Assembly (NCBI GenBank): GCA_907165135.1
Contig: OU015566.1
Location: forward strand, 372,001 to 436,000
Source: Oikopleura dioica
Taxonomy: Eukaryota > Animalia > Chordata
Length of the DNA: 64,000 nt
Direction of reading: 5' to 3'
The position numbers and the translations under genes are program-made. Below, piece after piece: positions 21,133 through 32,947 of this stretch. Each line of letters starts with the position of its first letter. Positions within the stretch are counted from its first letter, which is position 1. The notes beneath the pieces were generated by a model. That model did no database searches and was not told the origin of the DNA. It saw nothing but the letters and a program-made list of their open reading frames with translations.

Positions 21133-24100
21133 TTATTCAAATAGATTCTGTACATTTGGATAAGAAGACACTTGTAGAATGAGTTCAACAGTACTGGTGT
21201 TCAAGCAGTTGCGTTTTGAAGACATGATATCGTTCGCTTTTGAGAAGAGACGTTCGATGCTGCCGCTTGAGCCAGGAGTTGAGCGTACGAGTTGTGCGAT
21301 TCTGGCGAATGTCGGGTAAGTTCCAGCGTGATGTGTGAAATACATCAAACTTCGTTCAGCGGTACTGGCGGAGGTCTTGAACTGGGGATCGAGCTGGTTC
21401 AACCATTGCTTGTATCTTTTGACGCTTTCTTTGCGCTCCGTCTTGTTCTCCTTTTTGAACCATGCAGAGAACTCATCAGTTGATGATTTTTCGCATTCAT
21501 CCTCGTCGCTTGAATATTGCTCCATTTCTTCCTCGAAAGTCGACTTTGCTTGAGAAGATGGAGGAGTCGGCGGAGCGCGCTCCTGCGAGCTTGGAGGAGT
21601 CAACGTCTTTGGCTGTGATGAAGTAGCTGCCGATGGTGTCGTCTGTTGCTGGTTTTCAACAGGAACCTAAAATAATGTTTATAATTTATGCTTTTTTATG
21701 TAAAAATTGACCAGCTCTGAGTAAGAATTGACCTTTTTTTATGAAAGAGTAATCCGATGTCATGTAAAAATTAACCGCTAGATGCAGAAACTAATCGAAA
21801 CTTGATAAGAATTACCCCTTTGCGGGAAAAAATTAACCAGATCCGGGAAATAATAAACCTTTACTTACAAGAATAAAGATTTCTTCGCTTGGCTTGGTTT
21901 GCTCGGCGAGGTCAAAGAAGGTTTTGCGCACTGTCTCCTTCCAGACAGGAACTGCAGTATCAAAGCAAGTGTTGAGGGTGTTGTATGTAGACTGGGTGAT
22001 GAACGAATCCTTCTCAAAGGCGTCGTCAAGTCGGTTACGGATCAAGGTGAATTCGAAGTGGCGGCTGAAGAAGTCAAGGGAGAGCCCGACCAAAGCAGCT
22101 GGATTTGCTCTCGATTTGATGTAGGATCCTCTCGATGGCTTCCTTCCAGTGATGTTTGCACCGAAAATGTAGTCTGCTACGGTCAGAATCAGCTCCTGGT
22201 GGATTTCCTTGAAGTCAGCCGGATCAACTTGAAGCAAAAATTTCAGCAAGTCGAACAGTTTTGCCAGGGTGTCTCCAACCGAGAAGTGATCCGAGTCGGT
22301 GGACGCCAGAGCAGGCTCGAAGACTTGAGAGACTGAGTAGAGGTAATGAACAAGCTTCCAGTCGATTTCGTGTGTGATCGACTTTGAGTCGGTCAGGTAC
22401 TTCTGATGACGACGAAGAAGAGGCTCGTTTGCCATGAGCTGCTTGTACGTCGTGATGAAAGATCTGAAAGATAAAGTCAATTATTACATAATAACGGTTA
22501 ATTTTTACATGACTTCGGTTAATTTTGTCATGGAATGATTAATTTTTACATGGAAAGGGTCAATTTTTACATGGAAAGGGTCAATTTTTACATGGAAAGG
22601 GTTAATTTTTACATGAAAAGGGTCAATTTTTACATGGAAAGGGTCAATTTTTACATGGAAAGGGTCAATTTTTACATGGAAAGGGTTAATTTTTACATGA
22701 AAAGGGTCAATTTTTACATGAAAAGGGTCAATTTTTACATTAAAAGGGTCAATTCTTACATGGAAAGGGTCAATTTTTACATGAAAAAGTCAATTTTTAC
22801 ATGAAATGATGAAGAACGAACCTGAATCTGATGTAGTAGATCCTGTCGATCGTAACGAATTTGTCGTAATTCGGGTAGAATTGCCTGATGTGCTTGAGCT
22901 CATCTTCAGTTGGAGTGTAGCTTTTCACTAGATCATTGAAGGATTTCTCGGAGCAGTCGTCTCGTTCAGCTCGATGATTGCATGCTGAGACAGCTTTCTC
23001 GATTTCGACACAGCTATCGCCGACGATTGCATCGCTCTGGACAAGGGTAATATATCTAAAGTAAAGACGTTATTTGATGAAAGAAGAATGATGTATTTAC
23101 CTTTTTAACTGATTCGAAATCGTGTGGCTTGCACAGACAACGGCAAAATAGTCAGAGAAGGCCTGAGCCATCGGCGCATCTCCGACAACTGGAAGTCGTT
23201 TTGCGTGAAAAAAGTCGAGGATATTCCAATCCGAGAGGACGTTTTCTAGTTGTCGACGTACATTCGCATCAGTTGCTTTGAAGATGACCCCGTAGTGAAG
23301 AAGAAAAAATCGAGTCTTTCGCAGGTTCGAATCGTAGAACCCGATGAAGACCCCGAGGTATTTGCTACTTCTTTCTTTCGTTAGCCGAGGGCAATCGAAC
23401 CCATCAAGGACCAAGCAGCATCTGTTTTCCTGGATAAGACCAGGCAGCTTTGACTTGACGATACCATTGGAAACGGTACTTTTGCGCCTTAAAAATTTAT
23501 TTATCTAAATTAAACGGTCAATTTTTACCTGAGAATCTTCACAATTTTGTGACTGCTTATTCCATTCGCTATTGCCTGATGAGCCCTTGCGCAAAATTTC
23601 TTCATCGTTTCGGTTTCAAAAGCACCAATCGAGAGACCATCGTTTGCAACAACTTCTGCGGCGATTTCCTCAAGCTCTTCGGCGTCGGTTGCGGTTGAAT
23701 GATGGTGTTCTTGGATGTGACGTTTCACGTAGTAGTCAGTCGCATGGTTCGCTTTCGCCAAATTGCCTCGAATGCCAAAGAAAACCTATAAAAGAGTTAA
23801 TTTTTTCGACTGGTCAAAAATGAAGAGGGCTTATTTATTCTCAAGCCAGGGCAAGTTTCACATGAAAAGGGTCAATTTTTACATGAAAAGGGTAAATTCT
23901 TACATGGAAAGGGTCAATTTTTACATGGGAAGGGTCAATTTTTACATGAAATGGTCAATTTTTACATGGGAAGGGTCAATTTTTACATGGGAAGGAACAA
24001 TTTTTACATGAAAAGGGTCAATTTTTACATTGAAAGGGTTAATGTTTACATGAAAAGGGTCAATTTTTGCATGAAAAGGGTCAATTCTTACATGGAAACG

Positions 24101-24585
24101 GTCAATTTTTACATTAAAAGGGTCAATTTTTACATTAAAAGGGTCAATATTTACATAAAAAGGGTCGATTTTTTCTTGAAAAAAGTTTTTTTACTTGAGC
24201 AAGGTTTATTTCTGCATGAAAAATTAAAATCGAATTTTTAAATTGAAAGGGTTTAATTTTACCGGTTAATTTTTACATGATAAGGTTAATTTAAATTCAA
24301 ATCTGGTCAATTTTTTCTTACCTTATGTTTGTATTCAGCATTAGTGCAAAATTGGCTCCGGCAAATGACATATGGCGTCGGCGTCTGGTCTGACTTCGTG
24401 ATCTTCTCTAGTTTGAAATCTGCTTTGTAATTATGATGGATCTCCGAAGTGCAAATGAGCTTCTCATCTTCTTCTAGAATCTCTACAATTTTCTTGAACT
24501 CATCCTTGGTTTTTTTCTTTTTCTCAAACGGAGTTGATGGTGGAGAAAGCAAAGGACCTTCATCAAATGGTCGTTTTTGACTCAT
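21133..24585 (-). CDS. hAT transposase, copy 2
   Basis: Mirror of 5078-8529 with identical exon translations. Confidence 0.92.
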
Positions 24586-25184
24586 ATTTACGAAAAAATT
24601 TCATTTTTGGAGGACTTTATATTGACAATACATCTGGATAGATGGTGTCCTTCTGCAGATGGGCTGATTTCCGATCATTAGTATAGTATCTTAGTAATAC
24701 CCCGCTGCGAGAATCAGATATGAAGGGTTTATATCCAAACAGCTGGAGATGATATCACAGGGAAGACGGAAAAAAACTCGAGGTACCAACCATCTGTGAT
24801 GAAGACAAAAGGATGGTGAATTTTTACATGAATAAAATAAATTTTAAACAAAAAAACCTAAAGTCGGATTGATTATGCCATGATTTTGGTTAGTTTTTTC
24901 GTTGAAAGGATAAGAATTATTATATGTTGGTCAATTTTCGCATTAAAAAATGATCGTTGTTGAATTTTTACATGATCGCTCGTTTTCAGAAATTTTAGAT
25001 CCCTTGCGCGAAGGGATATCCCACGCGCGAAGGGATCGGCGCGATCCCTTTGTTTCTGTGAGCGCTCCCTTTTCGTTGCCTCTCGTTGCGAGGCGATCCC
25101 TTACACCGTGGGATCGAAACGGCGCTGTGGCGCGCAATCCCTTCAAAATCCCCCGCGATTTGACACCCTGTCCCTGTTTCTAAT

Positions 25185-25390
25185 GAAGTATGAGCTGATG
25201 GACCTTGATCAGGCGTTCAAGGTCGTCAAGCTTTTTTAGCTTTTCGGAGGCTTGTATCACGTGACCACGTGACCAGACCAAAAAATTTTCAATGACAATT
25301 TTTTTAGTTGGCTCGACCTACATTATGTCCCGAAGTTTCAGCTCTCTACCTTGATGCTTTCTTGGGGTTGATTTTTTGCGCGTCGGCCCT
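25185..25390. mobile_element. Second arm of the CAGGGCCGACGCG MITE
   Basis: High identity to 14175-14381. It begins immediately after the displaced hAT-B TSD. Confidence 0.75.
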
Positions 25391-25763
25391 CATGAGGGGA
25401 GGGCGCTGGGGCGCAATACCGATGGGAAGATTCGCTTTCGGAGTTTTCAAACTCCCTTCCGGGGCGCAAAATTGCTTTAGGGTGGCGCGCTTATTCCTTC
25501 AAAGAAATCCAAAACACACATTTTACAGCTTATGAATTATTGAATAGCAAACTCTCAAATTATCAAATAAAATATAAAACTGTTAAAAGAAGTGCAAGAA
25601 AAAAGAGTCACTTTTTTGTGACAGGCTGGATTCTTGTCACAGATATGAGAGTTTACTCACTCAAAATATATCGGCGGTAGTTTCTTTTTTGTTTTTTTTA
25701 TTCTGAGAATATAGACACACTTTATGAAAGCCTACCTAATTTGCAGCTGCTCTTAAGCGTTAA

Positions 25764-26522
25764 GGGTAAAACATCAAATCAGCCCGGCGCGCCACGCTGG
25801 ATCAGCGGCCCGCTGTGACCTACTTTTCAAAAGGCCGTTACTTATGAACGGATAAACTTTTTTCAAAACTTTCTTTTGGCTTATATTGATTAAAGCCTTC
25901 TCTTTTTGCATACTGAAAATGAGCGAAATCGTACACTAAAAAGTAGGGGAAACTGACATGAGTTGATTAAAATCTATCTCTTCTCACAATTTTCATCCGA
26001 TTTTTTTGAAACAAAAACCAGTCAGTAAAGCTCAGTTAGATCTAAAATTTGGTTTTCTCAGATCAAATTTTGAAGGTCTCTAGAATTTTATATGATCCTT
26101 TGAAATAAGCGCTGAACCGCGCCGCTACTTTCGCAGGAGCGCAGCGTGAGAGATAGGCGGGCGAAGCGTGAGAGCGCACATTTCAAAGGATCATATAAAA
26201 TTCTAGAGACCTTCGAAATTCGATCTGAGAAAACCAAATTTTAGATCTAACGGAGCTCTACTGACTGGTTTTTGTTTCAAAAAAATCGGATGAAAATTGT
26301 GAAAGGAGATAGATTTTAACCAACTCATGTCAGTTTCCCCTACTTTTTAATGTACGATTTCGCTCATTTTCAATATGCAAAGAGAGAAGGCTTTAATCAA
26401 TATAAGCCAAAAGAAAGTTTTGAAAAAAGTTTATCCGTTCATAAGTAACGGCCTTTTGAAAAATAGGTCACGGCGGGGCGCTGATCCAGTGTGGCGCGCC
26501 GCTCCGATTTGATGTTTTACCC
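25764..26522. mobile_element. Foldback MITE with TTAA TSD and GG termini (Kolobok-type ends), arms of about 340 bp
   Basis: TTAA|GGGTAAAACATCAAATC...GATTTGATGTTTTACCC|TTAA. Almost the whole element is an inverted repeat around a 70-bp GC-rich core. Confidence 0.85.
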
Positions 26523-27048
26523 TTAAGTCAAAAATAAAATTCAACCTCAAATGACTGCATAAATTGATAAGGCCATCAAATTTCGAACTTTTGTCGTCAT
26601 TAAAATGAACGAAACTACGATTTATATATCAGATCACGGAGTTTATTGCGGCGCTGTTTCAAGCTTTGGTTTTAGATTCATTTTTTTTTTGTGAATCTCC
26701 GGAATCTCACTTTCTATAAGCTCTATTAGAGCCTATAAGCAATAAGCTATCAATTCTAATCTAAAAGAAATTTTACACCGAAAAAAATCCAGTGCACCCC
26801 TTATTTTGTTGGTGTCAATTTCGATTTTTCTTCAAAACATCGAGTGGTTCACTTATTCTTCAACTATATTTCTTAATAAAAATAAGAATTAATCTTTGAT
26901 AATTTTGAAACGGGCTCAACAAAGACAATTTGTCTGCCACGATAAAAGCTAGTCCTCCGTAGCATATTAAATCAAAATGTAAGACAATAAAAATATAATC
27001 GTTTACGAAGTACAAATTTCTTTATAAATAGATAGATCATATGATTTT

Positions 27049-27091
27049 GTATCGAACGTTTTCGTTTATTGGATAAACTTCATCAGGATAC
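27049..27091 (-). ncRNA. Minimal type I hammerhead ribozyme in the 3' pseudo-LTR (mirror copy 28065-28107, plus strand)
   Basis: GTATC-CTGATGA-A-GTTTA(TCCAA)TAAAC-GAAA-ACGTT-C-GATAC. The mirror copy has a G>A change at the base of stem II. Confidence 0.75.
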
Positions 27092-27445
27092 TAAACTTAA
27101 GATGAACGAAAAAGAAACAGAGGAAAAAGAATACTTTTATGTTGAGAGAGCAGTGTGAAATTGCTAACTGAGGAAAACAGAAAAACAAGATCAAAAAATG
27201 GCTGTTTTTAGTCGAGCGCCAAAGTGGCCCAAAACAGTGCTCGACTAAATTAAAAAGTTTTGAACTGTTTGAAATCAGATTGTTCATTTAGGGAGGGTCG
27301 ATGCAGTAAAATAAGAAATTGTTCAGCGCTTCTCCTTTGACTCTCATTAGTTAGATTAGTTTGCAGAACATCAAAGTATTTTAAAGCATAGTCATTTTTT
27401 GAAAATTTGTATCGAATTTTCGGAGGATTTTAGAGTGAAAGGACT

Positions 27446-27703
27446 CTAGAGCAAGTTTCGATTGGGCGATTTTAGTCTTGTATTGACTGGTGAGATTTTT
27501 GTGCTTGGCTCACTAATGTAAGTTTCATAGCTTTTTTGAAAGGTCTTACAAGTGGAAAAATGTTTGAAGATGGAAGAAGACGCATTTTTATTCTGGTTGT
27601 TAGAATTAACATGTTCAGTCCAACGAATACCAGCTCTTCGTTTGGACTGACCAATGTATTGCGCTTTACAGTCACATTTCCAGGAATAAATGAGATCACA
27701 CAA
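27446..27703 (-). pseudogene. GIY-YIG endonuclease fragment (Penelope-like)
   Basis: IYSWKCDCKAQYIGQSKRRAGIRWTEH...SSIFKH. Confidence 0.85.
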
Positions 27704-28149
27704 ATCGTATTTATCAGGGACTCTTTTGAGAAATTTGCCTAAGGCTCTTTCGAGTCGTATGGTTTTCCAACTAACGACTAGGCAAAAGAAGGTGTTACTT
27801 TTCGGAAGAGTTTTTGAAGACTAAGTCCAATAGAGTAGCATCTTTCACTAGTAAAATCGAGGCACAAGTTGAACTTTTTCACAATTTTAGAATCATCACG
27901 TTTCAGTGGCTCGAAATTATTGTTTTGGGCCACCTTGGCGCTCGACTAAAAACAGCCATTTTTGATCTTGTTTTTCTGTTTTCCTCAGTTAGCAATTTCA
28001 CACTGCTCTCTCAACATAAAAGTATTCTTTTTCCTCTGTTTCTTTTTCGTTCATCTTAAGTTTAGTATCCTGATGAAATTTATCCAATAAACGAAAACGT
28101 TCGATACAAAATCATATGATCTATTAACGAAGTCAACCCGAAAAGATAT

Positions 28150-28741
28150 ATATTCTTTATAAATTTCAAAAACCATCAAAAAAGTCAATCATGCGAGAAT
28201 GCCGTCGCTCCAACAACTATCGATTTTGCAACGAGTTTTTCAAATGGAGGTTCTATCGATGGAGACACAAGAACAATAACTGGTGATTCTTATGAGTCTC
28301 CAACAGAATACTCTGTTTCGACATCGGGCAATTTAAAGTAAGAAATCAAATTCAACTATAATTGATTTTTTTAGATCTTATTTATATGGCATCGACGGAC
28401 ATGGAACAGGTTCCTATTCTCCAAATACTGAAGCAACTCATCGATTCACCTCTTCATCTGATGGAATTACTTTCGACTTTACTTTTTGTGAAATTGATAC
28501 TGGCGGCGACTTCTTGATCTTCCGCAAACAAGATGGTCAGAAGTATTTTTTCACTGGCGACTTGACGGTAATGAAGAATTTTGATAATTTACCAAAATAT
28601 TTCAAGGGAACTCGATTTTCGCTCTCATCGCCATTTGTGGACGTGCATTTCACGACCAATGGAGTTGATCAATCGATCGGTTTTGATCTTGAAGTAATTG
28701 ATGGATATGAAGCATTCTTTGACGTAACAAGTCTTCGTTAA
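28150..28741 (+). CDS. 3' exons of a CUB-like domain protein
   Basis: GT-AG intron 28338-28374 joins in frame. GSYSPNTEATHRF...GITFDFTFCEIDTGGDFLIF...SSPFVDVHFTTNGVDQSIGFDLEV follows the CUB pattern without the usual Cys set. The 5' start is uncertain. Confidence 0.55.
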
Positions 28742-29345
28742 CAATATCAGAAAAAAAAAATCTTATGTACATTCGCTTCGCTTTTCATTTGCGATTTTTT
28801 AGAAATGAATTGAATAAAACAAAAAATTATTAAAGATCCATTCAGTACTGAAAATGTCATGAATGTCACAAATTTTACGAGAGTCACGATTGTCACGACT
28901 TTGCTGAAAATGTCCAGAAAACAGAGATTACGCTGTAGTAAAGATTCTATAGAGAACACCGTCTGAGCTTACTTGTGGTGGTTTTTGTTTGGTTGTTGGT
29001 CATAGCTGTTTCAAGTAATTCGACCAAATGTCCAAATTCTTGGTATTTTTCCGAAAAAATTGCGATTTTACCATCAAAAATTTTTTTCAAAACATTTTTG
29101 GTGCATTTTTGGGAAAATGGCCCCACTTTGACGGGATTTTTGACCGTTTTCTCCAGCCAAAATTTATGCTACTTTTGCTTACTGCATTTTCGGTCACGGA
29201 AATCCCGATTTTCGTTGACCCCCTCCTTAAAGTCAAACTTAATTAAGAAATATCTCTTCTTTAGTTTCACGTTTAACAGAAACGCGACCTGAAAAAATTG
29301 TTTCTTTGGAGGAAAAAAAATACATTCTGGACACATCTCATTTAA

Positions 29346-29709
29346 GGGGCGTCTACGAGAATCGGGATTTCCGTGATCGAAAATGCGGGAAAACCTGACT
29401 AGAGAGGAAAAATCTGATTTTACTGGTGGATAGAAAAAGGTTGAAACAATTAGACGGCGATTAACTAGATATAAAAATTTTGCAAGAAAAAATCGGTCAA
29501 AAATCCCCTCAAAGAACGGCCATTTATGCACCAAAAATGATAATTTTTTTTTTACAATTTTGTTAATTTCGACCCCTAAATCTCAAATGATTTTTGACTC
29601 AACAGATTCGGGAAAATCTGTAGATTCCAAAAATATAAATTTCTTATGCATACTACGTGTAAATGCGAAATTACGATCAACCCTGAAAAAATTCTCGTCG
29701 ACTCCTCCC
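29346..29709. mobile_element. MITE, TTAA-GGGG..GTC(G/T)ACGAGAAT family (Kolobok-type ends)
   Basis: TIR-like ends with TTAA/TTCA flanks. Related copies or ends at 29226, 42176, 43598-43987, 55317-55973 and 59226. Confidence 0.65.
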
Positions 29710-31105
29710 TTCACCCGTTAACAGGCGCGTTTCTTAACACAGACAGGCAGAAGCGTAGGCAAAATTGACCACCCTGTTATCGAGAATAAAATTTTGTTAA
29801 GAATTTGCTTTGAAATTTTGAACATCACAATGAAGGATTTTATCTTTGAGTTTGATTCGAAATTACGCTTCTTTATTCGAGATGATCCGCGCCGAAATCC
29901 TTGCGGAAAGAACCGGGCAAAAGAAAAAGATACGCGAAAATTAAGCTCGCTTGATTGGCTTGCTCATTTCACTGGGTAGCCTGGGCAAATGAAGATCTTG
30001 GAGAAATGAAGCTCTTGGGCTAATGAAGCTCAAATTTTGAATTGGCTCGAACGCGGAAGATCCGCGCCCGCGAATAAAAACAGACGATCGGAGGATCGGA
30101 GATCAGCGCGAATAAATCGGCGGATTAACCGCCAAAAAATCACGGAGAATCACAAGCGCTCCGAGATTGACAGCTCTTGCTATAAAGTATATTCTTTTAA
30201 GTTTGTTTAAAATTCTTCCAAAAATTTACTTAATGTTCTGTAATTGTCTTTTTAGAGCCATAAAGGGTTTTGGAGGGAGCGATTTTTATTCTCTTTACTT
30301 TTTCATGCTCCGCTTTGATTTTTTTCTAGAATTAACTGTTATGAAAGGAGATTTTACTTGCTTGCAACTCAGTTTTGAAATTTCGAGATGGCCGATCAAA
30401 AGGAGCCTGTTATCTCACAACCGACTGCTTCGTTATCGTGCCAGAATCAGGATTAGTTCTTGCTTACCATAAAAAACTCGTAAATATTAAACAGAAGAGA
30501 CGCTTTGTTTTCTTTTCGTATTATTAGAAATTTCTTTTTGTGGTTAAGAATTGCAGAACAGAATGAATAATATATACCAAAATGTAAAAAAAAAGTATAC
30601 CTTGAGTTTATTCTTGAAGCTAGAACGACAAGAATTTTTTTTTATCGCTTACAAACTCGGTCCACAAACATAGGGTCGGAATTGTAGCTAGAGACAATTC
30701 GCTAGAGACTATTTGAGTCTTTGAACTCTCGATTGGTCAATGCGAGCAAAAATAAACTTATATTTCAGACTAGTAGAATTACGAGCAGAGTTGGCAGAAC
30801 TGCCACGACTGTTACTGGGAGCTGCCAATTTTGGCAGTAATTTGGCAGTGGCAGTTTCATTTTTCAAGGACTGGTAGCTGCCAACCTACTGCCGCTTCGA
30901 AAGATATTAATTTATATATGAAGTTTTCTTTCTAAAACCACAAAAAAAACAACGCTTACAATCAAATTTCATTCCCGAGGCCTATTTTATTTAATCTTAG
31001 TTTTATCAAGAGAAACATTTTCATCTCGGATAACGTTTCTTTTTTATGTTGCATTTGTCATAAAGACTGCTTTGAAATAAGTTTGACTATAAAACTTCTT
31101 ATAAA

Positions 31106-31880
31106 CAGTGAAAACCCATTTTAAGGCCCCTTTTTGGATGACAGCGAATTTCAAAAGTGGCCTTAAAATGGATATTTTTTGCTTTTCGTCGGATGACAAC
31201 AAATTTTCCCATATTTTTGGGACAAAAATGAATCATAAGGGCTTATAGGGGAAGGCCCGAGTCTACCGCATGTTTCTATCGCCCGAACCAAGTATGATTC
31301 AAAATGTGTTCTTTAAATTGGACTCTTGATGATTCTTTCTTTCATTCTTTCAAAAATATTTTTCTGTCAACAAATCAGAGAAATTGATCAAAAATCCCCA
31401 TCGAAATCTTCATGCACTTGAACCCAGCAATCTTCAAGCGATCATGGATCAACAAAGGACTACTTCAAAAGAATTATTTTCGAGAAGAAATCGAGCAGTT
31501 TGAAGATCTCGATGTTGCAGAAAATATTCTGGACAAACAAGAATTAGTCAAGCATTTTCTGGCGCTTCAAATGGAAGAGCTACGACTCGGCGAGTCGTAG
31601 CTCCCCGCTTCAAATTGATGAAACACGTCCTTGGACTCCGATGGAGATGGAAGAAATGCTTCAAGTTCAAGTGACAAACAATGCTGACACTGAATTTTTA
31701 GCCATCGACTTCAAAATGGCCGAAGACACAGTCGATGATAACTAGCTTTTACAAGCGAAACTGTAACTTTCGGATTAAAAAAAAAGTGGCCTTAAAAGGG
31801 ATTTTTTTAGGATGACAGATTTTGGAGATTTTCAGAAAAAGTGGCCTTAAAAGGATGGGCCTTAAAATGGGTTTTCACTG
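31106..31880. mobile_element. Tc1/mariner-type MITE (CAGTGAAAACCCATTTTAAGGCC TIR) with an internal coding-like fragment
   Basis: 24-bp TIRs. A related TA-flanked copy lies at 61651-63075. Confidence 0.7.
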
Positions 31881-32500
31881 AATATAGTAAGGGCTTGCAA
31901 TTTCACTGATTTTTTTTCTGGGATTTTCTCTTAAATCCATGTATTTGCAAGCCCTAAAATGCACTAAATAGTGCAAATTGATTCCGGGTTTTCGCCGAAA
32001 AACGTGCATTTGCAAGGCCACAAATTGCAAGCCCTGACTGTAGTATCGAAGTTTACATCTTTAGGCAGGCACAATTTGTGACTCAAAAGGCAGCTGCCGA
32101 TTTAGGCAGTCACTTGGCCATGGCAGTTGCAATTTTAAAAAGGCTGGCAGTGACTTGACAGTGGCAGCCGCCATTTTTTTCAGATTTCGAACTCTGATTA
32201 CGAGTATTTCGCGAAGTCTCCGAAAAATTGCTCGAAATTTTCACAGTTTGTTCAAGCATTCTTATAAGTAAAAGTGTATTACAGTTTGAAGCACTTTTAA
32301 GGCCGACCCTTTTAAGGCCACTTTTTCGAAAAATTCCGAAAATCTGTCGTCCTAAAAAAATCCACTTTAAGGCCACTTTCCCTTCAATTTCAGTTCAAAA
32401 TCCGAAAGTTACAGTGTCACTTGAAAAAGCTTTTTATTGTGGGAGAAGGTCCCCTCCTCTTAGGCATCGTAACTGGCTCAAATGGCGGACAAAGTCCCCA

Positions 32501-32572
32501 GGAGAAGTAGTGCAGTGGTAGCACACCGGTTCATGAACACGGAGGTCCCTGGTTCGACCCCAGGCTTCTTCA
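32501..32572 (+). ncRNA. tRNA-like Pol III unit in LTR1
   Basis: 72-nt cloverleaf: acceptor GGAGAAG/CTTCTTC, D arm GTGC/GCAC, T arm CCTGG-TTCGACC-CCAGG, A and B boxes and TTTT 5 nt downstream. The anticodon arm is non-canonical. Confidence 0.8.
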
Positions 32573-32875
32573 ATACTTTTCACTCGCCTTTGCCTGATCC
32601 TACAAACTGGTGAAGACAGTGGGTTGTCTAGGTAGCCAAAACAAACCCTAAGCTGAGATTGACGAGGGTCACTCAGTAGCTCAGGAGAAGCTGAAGGTTG
32701 GGAGGGTTGGTAGGCTTGTAACGGTTGCACGGGGACCGTGGCACCAGACAAAGAACCAAAACCTATGGCGGCATATGTAAGACGAGTGATTTGAGCAGTT
32801 ACTAGGGGGAGTTGTGGGAGAAGGTCCCCTCCTCTTAGGCATCGTAACTGGCTCAAATGGCGGACAAAGTCCCCA

Positions 32876-32947
32876 GGAGAAGTAGTGCAGTGGTAGCACA
32901 CCGGTTCATGAACACGGAGGTCCCTGGTTCGACCCCAGGCTTCTTCA
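32876..32947 (+). ncRNA. tRNA-like Pol III unit in LTR2
   Basis: Identical to 32501-32572. Confidence 0.8.

Larger units (their letters stand above)
19232..25170 (-). mobile_element. hAT family A, copy 2 (5939 bp), inverted duplicate of 4493-10430
   Basis: All ORF-track proteins are identical to copy 1. The coordinate offset changes by 1 bp only at an A6/T7 homopolymer in intron 5. Confidence 0.95.
27032..28124 (-). mobile_element. 5'-truncated Penelope-like retroelement with inverted pseudo-LTRs (27032-27236, 27921-28124)
   Basis: A GIY-YIG ORF lies between inverted arms of about 205 bp that each carry a hammerhead motif. Confidence 0.85.

Noticed and set aside
32501-32572. Functional tRNA-His(ATG) or tRNA-Met(CAT)
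   Set aside because: The anticodon stem has two mismatches or refolds to a 4-nt loop, and the unit sits within LTRs. Called tRNA-like instead.
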